A stretch of DNA of 64,000 nucleotides from Clostridiales bacterium (GCA_012519905.1 JAAYPG010000016.1:956-64955), one strand, 5' to 3'; positions 1 through 10,431 are shown, counted from the stretch's first letter. Program-made: numbers and translations. Notes: generated from the letters alone by a model not told the origin.

Positions 1-1
1 T

Positions 2-658
2 AAATATTCAGAGCAAACACGTTACAAAGTAGGCCGTAGTCTTATTCGAATGATAAAAAGACGGGGACGAATTACTACCATTTCAACAGGCAAGGAATTT
101 CTTCCTAAGGATGGTGGTTATATTATGTATTCAAATCATCAAGGCAAATACGATATGCTAGGAATAGTATCAACACATGATAAACCTTGCGCTATTGTTA
201 TAGATAAGAAAACAACTAAAGAGATTATGCCAAGACTATATACAAGGCTAGTGAAAGGACAAAAATTAGATAAAAAAGACCCTAGACAGCAGGTCAAGGC
301 AATTTATCAGGTAATCAAAGAAATAAAAGAAGGGCGAAGATATCTGCTTTTCCCTGAAGGTGGTTATACAGATAATAAGAATACTCTCCTACCCTTCCAT
401 CCTGGTTCCTTTAAAATCCCTCTTAAAACAAAATGTCCGATTATACCAGTCGCTATATATGATTCCTATAAACCCTTTACTATCAATTCAATAAGAAGAG
501 TGACGACCCAGGTTCATTATCTGGAGCCCATCCTTTATGAGCAATATGCTGGAATGACAACAAGGGAAATCTCCGATCTAGTATACGAAAGAATAAGGAA
601 TAAGATCAACCAAATTGATAACAGTAAGCCCTATCTTACAACTAAAAAAGCCGTTTAA
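2..658 (+). CDS. plsC: 1-acyl-sn-glycerol-3-phosphate acyltransferase (PlsC family), 5' end outside window
   Basis: NHQGKYD (NHxxxxD) and FPEG acyltransferase motifs; frame stays open from position 2 (KYSEQTRYKVGRSLIRM), so the true start lies before the window. Confidence 0.85.
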   Translation, partial: KYSEQTRYKVGRSLIRMIKRRGRITTISTGKEFLPKDGGYIMYSNHQGKYDMLGIVSTHDKPCAIVIDKKTTKEIMPRLYTRLVKGQKLDKKDPRQQVKAIYQVIKEIKEGRRYLLFPEGGYTDNKNTLLPFHPGSFKIPLKTKCPIIPVAIYDSYKPFTINSIRRVTTQVHYLEPILYEQYAGMTTREISDLVYERIRNKINQIDNSKPYLTTKKAV

Positions 659-667
659 TAGTAGTGA

Positions 668-1264
668 TTAGGGCATATACCAATATGAATTAAACTTATG
701 GATATAGGTCTTGGCTCCTTTTGGCATTTGAGTAATTGCATTGAATACATTATAGTAGTCGCCCGCACCACCACTAATTGATATAGCCCCAAACACACCC
801 AAAAAACCAAGTGATGGAAATATCATTGCAATTATAAATGGTATAAACCCAAAGACAACATTTGGTAACAAGGACATAAATATAAAACGTCCTTTACTCA
901 ATTCTTCAGGGCTAGTAACAAACAACATGCCCTTGCTCAAGTATGTATATAGATATACCTCTTCCGTGAAGCATAATCCATGCAGTATTTCATGAGGAAA
1001 TAATGACAAAAGAGCCATAATAGACCCTGCCATAAGGGCAATATATGTTATTTCATCAGCTCGTAGATAAAATATGCCCATAAAAACAGCTACAATTACA
1101 AGGGCTAATACATTTCCGAATATAGCCATTTTCTTAGGGTTGTCAAACTCTTTAAATTTCACCGCTCCCGGCCTATGTTCCCTAGTGGGAAGTGATTCTG
1201 GATTACCATCAAACTTTCCTTTATAGATTAGCTTCATATCTGCCTCCTTATTGTTCATACCCAT
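668..1264 (-). CDS. DUF3267-like membrane putative zinc metallopeptidase
   Basis: HEILH zincin motif within hydrophobic segments, followed by GAGD motif. Confidence 0.7.
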   Translation of the reverse strand: MGMNNKEADMKLIYKGKFDGNPESLPTREHRPGAVKFKEFDNPKKMAIFGNVLALVIVAVFMGIFYLRADEITYIALMAGSIMALLSLFPHEILHGLCFTEEVYLYTYLSKGMLFVTSPEELSKGRFIFMSLLPNVVFGFIPFIIAMIFPSLGFLGVFGAISISGGAGDYYNVFNAITQMPKGAKTYIHKFNSYWYMP

Positions 1265-1405
1265 ACATTAACTTTATATTTCATAAAAATCAAGTAGAAA
1301 ACCATGAAATATATGGTAATATAGTAGGGGATACAAAAAACTATATAGAACAAAGGTTATAGCCTGTCATTTACTAGCTAATACATTAATTATAACAAGG
1401 AGAAG

Positions 1406-3064
1406 ATGATTATGGAGAAAATGCCAGAGGTTGTTTTATTAGACGACGGAAGTAAAATATGGGAGAACAAGTTTGAAAAATTTGAAGCAAAGGTATATTT
1501 GCCAAAGTGCGACCCAATCACAGATGTAATAAATTATGGATTTATGACACCTTATTTGCTGGTATTTGAAGAAAACAAATATAGCCCACATGAGGCAAAG
1601 AAGTTTGCTGATGAAAGTGGTCTCTCTAAGATTGCAGCCAAATACGGAGGCAGTGTTGTATTTATCTATCCTACCAATGAGGGAGGCTGGCACAAGGCTC
1701 CTGCTGATCTATTTGCTTCTATAATATCTGAGACGAAAATCAGCCAGTATTATAAGGATGGCGCAGCCATAATGCGTAACAGATTTACCGGCAACTGGGA
1801 AGGCATCTATATCAGGGGTGCCTTGCTGCGCAGTTACTTATATGGCTTTGGTGCATCTGCAGATTATATCGCCAAGTATTGCCTACAGAAGATAGAGGGA
1901 GATGGTTTGTACGGCAAGGGAGATATCACTCCAGTTGTCTGTATTTTACAGAATCTAAGTGTACTACCTAATCCTCAAAGAAGAGATATTCCTGTAATTT
2001 CTATAGGTAATAGTGCCGCTGCAAATGATGCTCTTAAGGCGGGCCTAGATGACCTACTTGTTAAGGAGACTGCTGATTACATAGATGATTTTAATGGCTT
2101 TATAAAAAAATATCGTCGCATGGTTGGATATCTGGATGTAGAACCTAATCTAGAAGAAATGGGAATGGTTGTCGAGCCTGGTTATTGTCTGGTTCCAACA
2201 TCCGTTGATAATCGGGGGGATGACAAAGATAGCAAGGAGCATAAAATAGGATATGTAGCATATTACAACCAGGGAATTTTGGATAAGGAGGAAGGGGTTC
2301 CTCTGGTTCTTTGTTTCCATGGTGGTGGAGATTCTGCCATGTGTATGGTGGCTTTGTCTGACTGGCATTTGGTTGTAGCAAAACATAATTTCCTTCTGGT
2401 AAGTGTTGAAAACCACTTAAATAGTACCGCAACTGAAATGATGGATTTGATTGCCCATCTGAAAGAAAAATATAATATTGACAGTGAAAGAATATATTCT
2501 ACTGGATTTTCCATGGGTGGTTGCAAGACCTGGGATATGTTTCAGGAGTACCCCAAGGTATTTGCAGCGGTTGCACCTATGTCCGCAACCTTTGATGTGG
2601 GCCTTAATGTGTTTGGTCAGCCTGTTCAAAACATTAATCAGGAAATAGCTCTTCCAGTATTCTATGTAGGTGGAGAAGATACACCCCTTCCTGAGCTACC
2701 TTTCCAGGAAGCAAAGTGCCTTAATCGTATGGCCTATGTTCTTAAGGTTAATAAGGCTAAAACAAAATATGATGTACAGTTTGAGGAAAAAGACCAGTGG
2801 ACAAATCCTATATGGGGTATTGATGGAGATGTAATATGTAAAGCAAAGGACGATGTTAGAGGCAGTATTCTTACCATGCATTTATTTGAAAGTGATAATG
2901 GCTGCTGCTATAGCATTTTCGCTAGTGCTAGTAATCAATCACATGAAATGAGGCATCTTAATTGTGAAAATGCCTGGAAATTCTTCAGTCAATTCCGTCG
3001 TCTACCCAACGGAGATATAGTAGGCGGTAAAATGGAAGATATCATAAAGCTCTATGACAATTAG
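1406..3064 (+). CDS. alpha/beta-hydrolase (PHB-depolymerase/esterase-like C-terminal domain, unassigned N-terminal ~290 aa)
   Basis: VLCFHGGG oxyanion motif, GFSMGG nucleophile elbow, QSHE candidate catalytic His; AAGGAG RBS. Confidence 0.75.
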   Translation: MIMEKMPEVVLLDDGSKIWENKFEKFEAKVYLPKCDPITDVINYGFMTPYLLVFEENKYSPHEAKKFADESGLSKIAAKYGGSVVFIYPTNEGGWHKAPADLFASIISETKISQYYKDGAAIMRNRFTGNWEGIYIRGALLRSYLYGFGASADYIAKYCLQKIEGDGLYGKGDITPVVCILQNLSVLPNPQRRDIPVISIGNSAAANDALKAGLDDLLVKETADYIDDFNGFIKKYRRMVGYLDVEPNLEEMGMVVEPGYCLVPTSVDNRGDDKDSKEHKIGYVAYYNQGILDKEEGVPLVLCFHGGGDSAMCMVALSDWHLVVAKHNFLLVSVENHLNSTATEMMDLIAHLKEKYNIDSERIYSTGFSMGGCKTWDMFQEYPKVFAAVAPMSATFDVGLNVFGQPVQNINQEIALPVFYVGGEDTPLPELPFQEAKCLNRMAYVLKVNKAKTKYDVQFEEKDQWTNPIWGIDGDVICKAKDDVRGSILTMHLFESDNGCCYSIFASASNQSHEMRHLNCENAWKFFSQFRRLPNGDIVGGKMEDIIKLYDN

Positions 3065-3124
3065 ATTAATTCCTAATGATAAAACACATGCGGGGATGAT
3101 GCAATTTCCCTAACATGCTTAATG

Positions 3125-3165
3125 AAAACAGGAGAGCTAGTAAAAAAACCTGGCTCTCCTGTTTT
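3125..3165. terminator. bidirectional intrinsic terminator between convergent genes
   Basis: AAAACAGGAGAGC...GCTCTCCTGTTTT inverted repeat. Confidence 0.8.
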
Positions 3166-3246
3166 TATATTATTATTGTTCTGCATAATTGATCAACTAA
3201 TTCTAAATCCATTTGCACTCAGCTATAATCTGATATAAAAGGTGAA

Positions 3247-4107
3247 TTAATCGTCTGTCTCCACTTTAGATTTTAATATATCGCCTGTAATTGCATCTAC
3301 TTTATATTCATATTCAAACTTGCCAACCTTAAAATCAATCTCATAGATTGCCCTATCATCGTCATCGTCGTCATCATCTAGTTCGATTTCTAGCCCTTTA
3401 ACTTTTGTAGCATCAACGCCTGCATGTTGGAACACAATTTCTTTTATTATAGCTTCACTAAGATAGCTTGTTGGTTGCTTAGTAGGTCTTGGGCTTTTAT
3501 CATTTTTCTTATTCTTATCTCTTTCCTCTGATTCAGTTCTTAATACTTCACCTGTGAATGCGTCAACCTCATATTCATATTCTGCCTCACTAGTCTTAAA
3601 CTCTATTTCATATACCACTTCGTAATCATCTTTGTCTAATTCGGCTTCATACTCTTTTATAGCAGATTCATTAAGGCCAGCATGGTTAAGTGCTATCTCT
3701 TTGGCTTTGTTTTTACCAATATATTTAGTGGATGTGGTTGTTTTAGAGCTTGCTGTATTATTTGAGCTGGTAGCCTTCTTATCTTCTCTATCATATTCTA
3801 ATACTGCTCCTGTTTTTGCATCAATTTTATATTCATATTCTGCATTATTGGTTTCAAAATCAATTTCATATACCGCCTTGTTATCATCATAATCAAAGTC
3901 AACTTTAAGCTCTGTTGCTTGATTCTTATCAACTTTACTATGGGCAAGGGCTATTGCAAGAGCTTCTTCTTTTCCAATATAAGAGGCTTTATCGGAAGTA
4001 TTGTTACTCTTATTAGTATCTTCATCATCGCCGTCTATAGAATAGTCCATAACTTCACCTGTTATGGCATGAATATCATACTCATACTCTATTCCTCCTA
4101 CCTTACC
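3247..4107 (-). pseudogene. multi-PepSY-domain protein, apparently 5'-truncated (ORF track start 4050)
   Basis: Three YEIxF..xxxEYEYxxDAxTGxVL PepSY repeats; a fourth half-repeat (GKVGGIEYEYDIHAITGEVM) continues in frame to 4107 and abuts the upstream gene's TAG; no signal peptide. Confidence 0.6.
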
Positions 4108-4998
4108 CTAGATTGACTTACTCCCTCTCTCAAAACTTCCTCTAGCTATAAAATCAAACACAAGTCTATTATTAATCATAAATCTATAACGAATTCTACA
4201 ATCAATGCTTTCATATACAATTCGAGTCATATTCCCTTTGACTGGCGCAAGTAGATTATGTGGATTTTCATCAATCAATAAGATTTGTAAATCATATCGA
4301 CCTTGTTGTAACCACAATTCTCTTGTACTATATTTCTTGATCTTCACTCCTAAATAAGTTGCCAACCGATATTCTTTACCACCATAATAAACAATTCCTA
4401 TGCAACCCTTAAAAGTTACTTTTCCAAATGGAATATCTGCTACTGATATCATTATAAGGTTATTTCCCCTGCTAGACCAACTGCATTGTGTCCAAAAGTA
4501 ATCTCTCGGGAATTCTATACCTCGATCCCCCTCCACATACCCCAGGCCCCGATTGAAACACATCTCTCTTCCATTAACATTTAGCCTTCCTGTGATCTTA
4601 TGTGCTAAGCTATATACACTATGGCGACATTGCATAAAGGGAAGGTATTTAAATGGCCCCATGATATCGTATTTGGGCGTTACGAACTTACTAAAATACA
4701 GTTTTCCTGTCACTGTGATTCGCTCTGTCCATATATCAAGAGCAATTCCTTCAGAAGTGAATATACTTTTACCTACCCGCACTCCGTTTCTTCTAGCTGA
4801 TACCGCAAAATCATTGATCGGATAGGTAATTTGATCAGAAGCGGTATTCATAATCACTTGGATAGAGGCTGACTTCTTGCCCTTCTCATCTATATGAAAG
4901 GCAGGGATAAACGATATAATATCTGTATCATTCTGATTTCTATAATACCATCCTTCGAAATAGCTTTTCTTTTTATATGTCCCCTTGAAATTAGGCAT
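4108..4998 (-). CDS. tocopherol cyclase-like (lipocalin/AttH-fold) protein
   Basis: YFEGWY and GYVEGDRG..FP..YFWTQC motifs typical of the family. Confidence 0.7.
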   Translation of the reverse strand: MPNFKGTYKKKSYFEGWYYRNQNDTDIISFIPAFHIDEKGKKSASIQVIMNTASDQITYPINDFAVSARRNGVRVGKSIFTSEGIALDIWTERITVTGKLYFSKFVTPKYDIMGPFKYLPFMQCRHSVYSLAHKITGRLNVNGREMCFNRGLGYVEGDRGIEFPRDYFWTQCSWSSRGNNLIMISVADIPFGKVTFKGCIGIVYYGGKEYRLATYLGVKIKKYSTRELWLQQGRYDLQILLIDENPHNLLAPVKGNMTRIVYESIDCRIRYRFMINNRLVFDFIARGSFERGSKSI

Positions 4999-5086
4999 AT
5001 TCTCTACCCCATTCTAGTTTGTTTTCTTCTACCTAAATTCAGTTTGGCACAATATTGAGGTTTTATACTTTTAATTATAATGTTTT

Positions 5087-5124
5087 TGGGGCTGTTCAAA
5101 ATATATCATTTTGAAACAGCCCCA
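5087..5124. terminator. stem-loop terminator downstream of laminaribiose phosphorylase
   Basis: TGGGGCTGTTCAAAA...TTTTGAAACAGCCCCA inverted repeat. Confidence 0.7.
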
Positions 5125-5157
5125 GATTAAGAGGTAAATGAGATTGATAATGTATGG

Positions 5158-7863
5158 CTATAATAGCTTAATTTCTATAGTATGACGATCATATGAATTA
5201 AGCTTACTAATCTTTGATTTTGATATTTGCTTCTTATTATTTATTGTTTCTCCGTTTAAGCATATATCAGATATTTTATAATTACCATATTGTTTTTTAT
5301 CTACATTATGATAGATGACTTTAAGCTTTTTATTGGCAAACACACAGGATACTGTGGCTTTACCTTCTTCATCAAATTGCTCAAGAAGAAGCTTTGGATC
5401 AAAGAACAGATTACCTGCGCTTCCTCTAACCCCATACATTTGAGTAAGGACAGTTAATAACAGCCAGCTAGCCGATCCGGTTAGGTAATGATACATACCT
5501 TCGCCCTTCTCATTAATGTATTCGGTAATACCCGGATAGACCTTACTCTTTTCAAAATTGCTAAGATGACGATATATACTATCTATAGCCTTAAAGCCTT
5601 CTCTTACAAATCCTCTCTTGTAGAGAGCGTAAGCATACATTACCGTCATGTGAGAAAATACAGCTCCGTTTTCCTTGTGTCCATAGGCAAAGCCAAACAT
5701 TCTCCCCAGGTCTGTCTTCAGCTCATGAAAATTAGTGTTTAGACGATATCCACCAATTTCCTCAGAGTATAAATATTTATCTGCCGCTTCTATAATCTTC
5801 TCCGTCTGCTCCTTAGTTGCTATGCCCGACATAATAGTAAATACTTGGCTGGTTAACATCATCCGCACCCCTAAGGATGTCTCTTGCTCTACTTGCCTTC
5901 CATTGTTATCATAATAGCCATTAAACCACGCATATCCCCCTCTTGTTGTAATCCATTCGCTCTCTCTGATATGCTTCTTGATCCATTCGCTTTTACCAAT
6001 GAGATTATCGTATAATTCATAACAATCCACTTCAATCTTTTTACCACTTATATGGTCCTTACAAAGATTGCAGAATTCATATAGGGTCTCTCTTTTTTCA
6101 TTTATATTATCATAATATTTAGGCCTGAGATTAAGAAGCACCCTAATCTCCTTGGCAATATACAGCTTGCTAATGCCAGTCTCATTTACCAGTCTTTTAA
6201 TCAAGCCAGCTATTTCCTCTAGGTTACTAGCATATGCAGCAGTAAAGGCTACACTCTCTCCTCTTTCAGCTGCCATATCCAGGGCATCATTCCAGTCTGC
6301 CCCTCGCAATCTAATATGATTATGCTCACCAACATCATAAAAGGATGTTAAATTCTGTACTAGAATATGCTCTAATATACTACCCTTATATACATTGCCT
6401 TCCTGGGTCATGAGTAGGTTTCCATCTTCCCTAGTCCACTTGGGATTCATCTCTTCTCCCCGATTAATTTGGCCATCTCTAAAATATTCCTTATCCTCAA
6501 GAAGCAGCTCCATATCCCCTGTTTGTTCTATATATAGACAAGTGGTAATAAAAGGCCAAACTCCATGATCCATCCATACCCGTGTTATATTGTTCCTATC
6601 AGCAATAAACTCACCGGGTTCACTTCCTATTATTGTTGCATTGGTTCCATCCATACGAATACCAGCAAAGTTGTTTAAGAGCATTTCTCTTACACCAGTA
6701 GGATTCATTACAAGTAAGGCCAAGCAGTCCTGCCACAAGTCCCTCCATCCTCGCCCACCCTTGCCATAATCATGATGGGGTAGAAAGGAACAGCCATATA
6801 TTCTTCTTAACATGGGCTGAAATGTAACCCAATACAACCATTGATCAAACTCATTGCTAGCTGTTTCAAATCTTATATTTATCTTATCCTTCCAATAAGC
6901 TTTTGTTATCTCTAAGGCCTTGATGAAGCCTTCTCTATATAAATATTTCTGTGCAGTATATATTAATTGGGATGCGTCCTTGCCATATCCTAGGACCAGA
7001 TAAAAAGCTTTCTCCTCACCCGGCTCCAGGCAAACTTCCCCAAAGCGTATTCCCCCTAAAGCCTCATAGCCACTGGTTTCATAGCCGCTAGGAAGAGGCT
7101 CTACCTTATCTGTCATAACAGCCTCAGGATTCTCTAATGACCCACCATTTCCTATATACTCTCCTAGGGTAGGATAGAATCCTACTATATTATTCCCATC
7201 CTCTGATTGACCAAAGAAACCATAGATTACATCATTAACCTTATGGCCTCTTTCATCAAAGCTAAGTGTAGGGTTTACAATTACACCAAACTCCATAGTG
7301 CTTATTCTATGTAATAGGGATGTAACATGTCTATGATCTCTTATATTATCTGCTGATCTTCCATAGATAGGCACTGCTGCAGTAGATGAAAATGTAATCC
7401 TTTCTGAACCCTGATTAGATATTATAAGTTGGGTTAATTCTACAGTATCACCATTACTGGGTACAAAGGAAGTTATTGTAGATTTAATACTTAACTTACT
7501 ATTGGATCTTGTAACTCTATGCCACATAATACCAGCTTCAAGCATGGTTTCTTCTTTATCATCATCGAATATAAGCATCTGCTGCCTGGCTGATACTCCT
7601 GTGGCTGACCATGGCTGCTGCCCCTTAATCTTGACCCAAAAATTTCTTGTACACTTTGTGCTATGTAGATTCTCACTACTTACAGGCTCTAACCAAAAAT
7701 GGTGCTGACCCATCTTTGAGTCACCCCCAAGATTGGGAGTAACACAGCTCATAACACCATTTTCATTAGCAAGAGGAAAGTATAGATAATTAGTAGTCTC
7801 AGGGTCTTTTAATTGAAATGTACCGTTTCTATCAATATACTTATACTGTTTCATTTCACTCAA
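5158..7863 (-). CDS. GH94 glycoside phosphorylase, laminaribiose-phosphorylase-like
   Basis: SFLPHHDYGKGGRGWRDLWQD, GADWNDALD, GHKENGAVFSHM, YLTGSASW; colinear with Paenibacillus laminaribiose phosphorylase as recalled; 901 aa. Confidence 0.85.
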   Translation of the reverse strand: MSEMKQYKYIDRNGTFQLKDPETTNYLYFPLANENGVMSCVTPNLGGDSKMGQHHFWLEPVSSENLHSTKCTRNFWVKIKGQQPWSATGVSARQQMLIFDDDKEETMLEAGIMWHRVTRSNSKLSIKSTITSFVPSNGDTVELTQLIISNQGSERITFSSTAAVPIYGRSADNIRDHRHVTSLLHRISTMEFGVIVNPTLSFDERGHKVNDVIYGFFGQSEDGNNIVGFYPTLGEYIGNGGSLENPEAVMTDKVEPLPSGYETSGYEALGGIRFGEVCLEPGEEKAFYLVLGYGKDASQLIYTAQKYLYREGFIKALEITKAYWKDKINIRFETASNEFDQWLYWVTFQPMLRRIYGCSFLPHHDYGKGGRGWRDLWQDCLALLVMNPTGVREMLLNNFAGIRMDGTNATIIGSEPGEFIADRNNITRVWMDHGVWPFITTCLYIEQTGDMELLLEDKEYFRDGQINRGEEMNPKWTREDGNLLMTQEGNVYKGSILEHILVQNLTSFYDVGEHNHIRLRGADWNDALDMAAERGESVAFTAAYASNLEEIAGLIKRLVNETGISKLYIAKEIRVLLNLRPKYYDNINEKRETLYEFCNLCKDHISGKKIEVDCYELYDNLIGKSEWIKKHIRESEWITTRGGYAWFNGYYDNNGRQVEQETSLGVRMMLTSQVFTIMSGIATKEQTEKIIEAADKYLYSEEIGGYRLNTNFHELKTDLGRMFGFAYGHKENGAVFSHMTVMYAYALYKRGFVREGFKAIDSIYRHLSNFEKSKVYPGITEYINEKGEGMYHYLTGSASWLLLTVLTQMYGVRGSAGNLFFDPKLLLEQFDEEGKATVSCVFANKKLKVIYHNVDKKQYGNYKISDICLNGETINNKKQISKSKISKLNSYDRHTIEIKLL

Positions 7864-7921
7864 ATCCTCTACCTTCTATTGGATACATTGCATGGCCATC
7901 CGGCTATATCTATTAATAAGC

Positions 7922-8788
7922 TTACTGAATATCATACTGCGTCACACGAATCCAATCATACTCTGCAGTAAGGGGAACCGTCCCATCATAGGCCTTTAGC
8001 CAGCTATCAACCCCTATTCCAGGCCATACATTCATCATAACCTTGCTTGGTGTTGAAGGAATATTATCTGTAGCAGTGTAAATAGCTTCTCCATCCACAT
8101 ACCAGGTGATTGAATCTGGTAGCCATTCAAAGGCATATGTGTGGAAGTCATCAGCTGCATCAAAGCCCAAATCATGCATATATTCATGGTTACCAATTCC
8201 ATTAGTAAAATAATTCAGTTGCATCTTACTGGTATCCTTACCTAAGAACTCAATATCAATCTCATCCCAAGGATTATTGTCACTGGGACCGGTATATGTA
8301 AAGAAGGAAGATACAACACCATTATTTTTGATTGGTTTCATTCTTACTTCATATAAGCCATAGCTATAAAATTCTCTAGAACGATATTCACTACCTGACC
8401 ATTTTGGCTTGGCATTTTCACCATCACTATCAATGGTCAGTCTCATAATTCCATCTGAAAATGTAAGATTATCTTTCCTCCAGGTGCAATCAAACATATG
8501 CCCATTGCTCCAGCCATCTGCTATTTCAAACATAGCAGAATCATATTCGTCTAAGTTGGTCTCAAAGGCTAATCTAGCTTCATAGTCTTTCAAGACCTCT
8601 TCCTCTATCTTATTATCTGCTCCAGGTGTGACTTTTACATCATCCATGTCGATATCTTGAACATTATCCTTATTATCCATATCCTGATCTCCATTCTGCT
8701 TCTTATTATTTGATTGACCACAGCCAACAAGTATAATTGATGTAGCTATAACCATCCCTAATAGCTTCAGTACTTTCTTCATATTCAT
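7922..8788 (-). CDS. GH16 lichenase (endo-beta-1,3-1,4-glucanase), lipoprotein
   Basis: WDEIDIEFLGKD catalytic motif and GVVSSFFTYTGP of Bacillus/Clostridium lichenases; lipobox ILVGC. Confidence 0.9.
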   Translation of the reverse strand: MNMKKVLKLLGMVIATSIILVGCGQSNNKKQNGDQDMDNKDNVQDIDMDDVKVTPGADNKIEEEVLKDYEARLAFETNLDEYDSAMFEIADGWSNGHMFDCTWRKDNLTFSDGIMRLTIDSDGENAKPKWSGSEYRSREFYSYGLYEVRMKPIKNNGVVSSFFTYTGPSDNNPWDEIDIEFLGKDTSKMQLNYFTNGIGNHEYMHDLGFDAADDFHTYAFEWLPDSITWYVDGEAIYTATDNIPSTPSKVMMNVWPGIGVDSWLKAYDGTVPLTAEYDWIRVTQYDIQ

Positions 8789-8820
8789 TGTCTCTATAAA
8801 GTCCTCCTATTACATAAAAA

Positions 8821-8871
8821 TACCCCTATTCCTCTATAGTATAACCTTTAATACTATAGAGGAATAGGGTA
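8821..8871 (-). terminator. 19-bp stem-loop between SBP gene and GH16 gene
   Basis: CCCTATTCCTCTATAGTAT (8824-8842) / ATACTATAGAGGAATAGGG (8851-8869); T5 tract follows on the minus strand. Confidence 0.7.
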
Positions 8872-8900
8872 TAAAATTATGATAATCTTAGGTTAAATTA

Positions 8901-10175
8901 TTATTGTTGAATAGTGATGCCCTCTATAAATCCTTGATAATCTATTTCATCTGCCATCATCTCATTTAGAGTATTATAGTATTGAGCAGAAAGCTCTTCT
9001 GTCATTATTTGATCATAAGCTGGATATAGGGTCCTATTTTTATTGATTTCCCAGATGGAATAAAGTAAGGGGAATTTCTGGGCATCAATACTTTGGTCAC
9101 GATAAACCGGAATTCCTCCCCCGATATCATTTACTATAATATCTGACACCTCATGCATTATGTCTATGTACATATCAATATAATCAGCCTTCTTAGGGAT
9201 AACCCCTTCCTTACTTATAACAAAGGTATCTACTACCCCTCCTATTCCTTCAGTGCTATTACCATTTGGAAAAGGGATTACTTCTACATTATTAGATACC
9301 TTAGAGCCCTCACCCTCAATAAGAGTGGTCGCCCAGCTCCCATAATAGAGCATAGCCCCTTCTCCTTGTGTAAAGGAATAGGCTGCATTATAGGCATCTA
9401 CCTCTAAGTAATCTTCCTGCCAGGCACTTTTTACAACCAAATCATATAATTTATGGGTGGCCTGTATATACTGCGGTGATAAGAATAAGGCTTTTTTGTT
9501 ACTGGCTTGTATTATATTATTACCCGATCCCTCTCCTTGAACTAAACTCATATAGTATAGAGAAGATACCCAGCCTTCCTTAGCACTGGTTATCATAGGT
9601 GTTTTATTCTTTTTATGTAATATATCTATAGTTTCTAATAAATGATTATAGTTCTTTGGGTATTCTAGGTTGTTCTGTTCGAATATATCCCGGTTACAAA
9701 ATAAGGCCGCTGTCCAACCGTAAAGTGGTAGGGCATAAGTCTTATTATTAAAGGTAAAGGCATCTAGCCCCCCTTCAGTAATCTCAGCATTAATCTGCTT
9801 CTTCTCTAATTCATGACTTATATCATATACCATATCCGCATCTACTAATCTTTCCAACTTGCTAAACCCCCACCAGAAAAACATATCTGGCAGATTATTG
9901 GTCATTAAGGCATTATTAATAGCTGCTTGATACACTTCATTTTTATAAACAGTAATATCAAATACTATATTGGGATTATTCTCTTCGTATTTTTTTATAA
10001 CCTTTCTTAAGGTTTCCTCAGTATCGCCATGTATAGTCCATACTGTTATTACCTCATCAGCCTTTTTACTAGCAGGCTCGTCACCCCAGATAAAATCTGA
10101 ATAAATCTTAATTAGAAAGGCACACAAGATAAGAGCTAAGACAATTACCAATCTTGTAAGCTGTTTACTTTTCAT
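8901..10175 (-). CDS. extracellular sugar solute-binding protein (family 1), N-terminal TM anchor, no canonical lipobox
   Basis: ITVWT..., LPDMFF, YALPLY, FTQGEGAMLYYGSW SBP_bac_1 pattern. Confidence 0.8.
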   Translation of the reverse strand: MKSKQLTRLVIVLALILCAFLIKIYSDFIWGDEPASKKADEVITVWTIHGDTEETLRKVIKKYEENNPNIVFDITVYKNEVYQAAINNALMTNNLPDMFFWWGFSKLERLVDADMVYDISHELEKKQINAEITEGGLDAFTFNNKTYALPLYGWTAALFCNRDIFEQNNLEYPKNYNHLLETIDILHKKNKTPMITSAKEGWVSSLYYMSLVQGEGSGNNIIQASNKKALFLSPQYIQATHKLYDLVVKSAWQEDYLEVDAYNAAYSFTQGEGAMLYYGSWATTLIEGEGSKVSNNVEVIPFPNGNSTEGIGGVVDTFVISKEGVIPKKADYIDMYIDIMHEVSDIIVNDIGGGIPVYRDQSIDAQKFPLLYSIWEINKNRTLYPAYDQIMTEELSAQYYNTLNEMMADEIDYQGFIEGITIQQ

Positions 10176-10317
10176 GCTTTCTAACCACCTTTCAGATTTT
10201 CCTTATTATAGCTATTTTATTATATCACACTTCATAATTATCAAACAAGCATATCAATTTAATCTTCTTAGCCTAATAATCTCTTTAGCCAGGTCTATAG
10301 AACTTCTTTGTACATGA

Positions 10318-10358
10318 AAAACTTAGATGAACACTTATCTCGTATTCATCTAAGTTTT
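10318..10358. terminator. intergenic 14-bp stem-loop
   Basis: AAAACTTAGATGAA / TTCATCTAAGTTTT perfect inverted repeat after the SBP gene ending at 10432. Confidence 0.6.
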
Positions 10359-10431
10359 ATGTGGCCTCAAATACGTAGGGGCATATTTGAGCACCGCTTC
10401 TTCTTACTTTACTTGGCTTCTAATATATGGC

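Noticed and set aside
3356-3379. Poly-Asp run in the PepSY protein as a regulatory element
   Set aside because: Acidic runs are usual in PepSY loops; it is internal to a CDS, with mixed codons and no associated attenuator structure.
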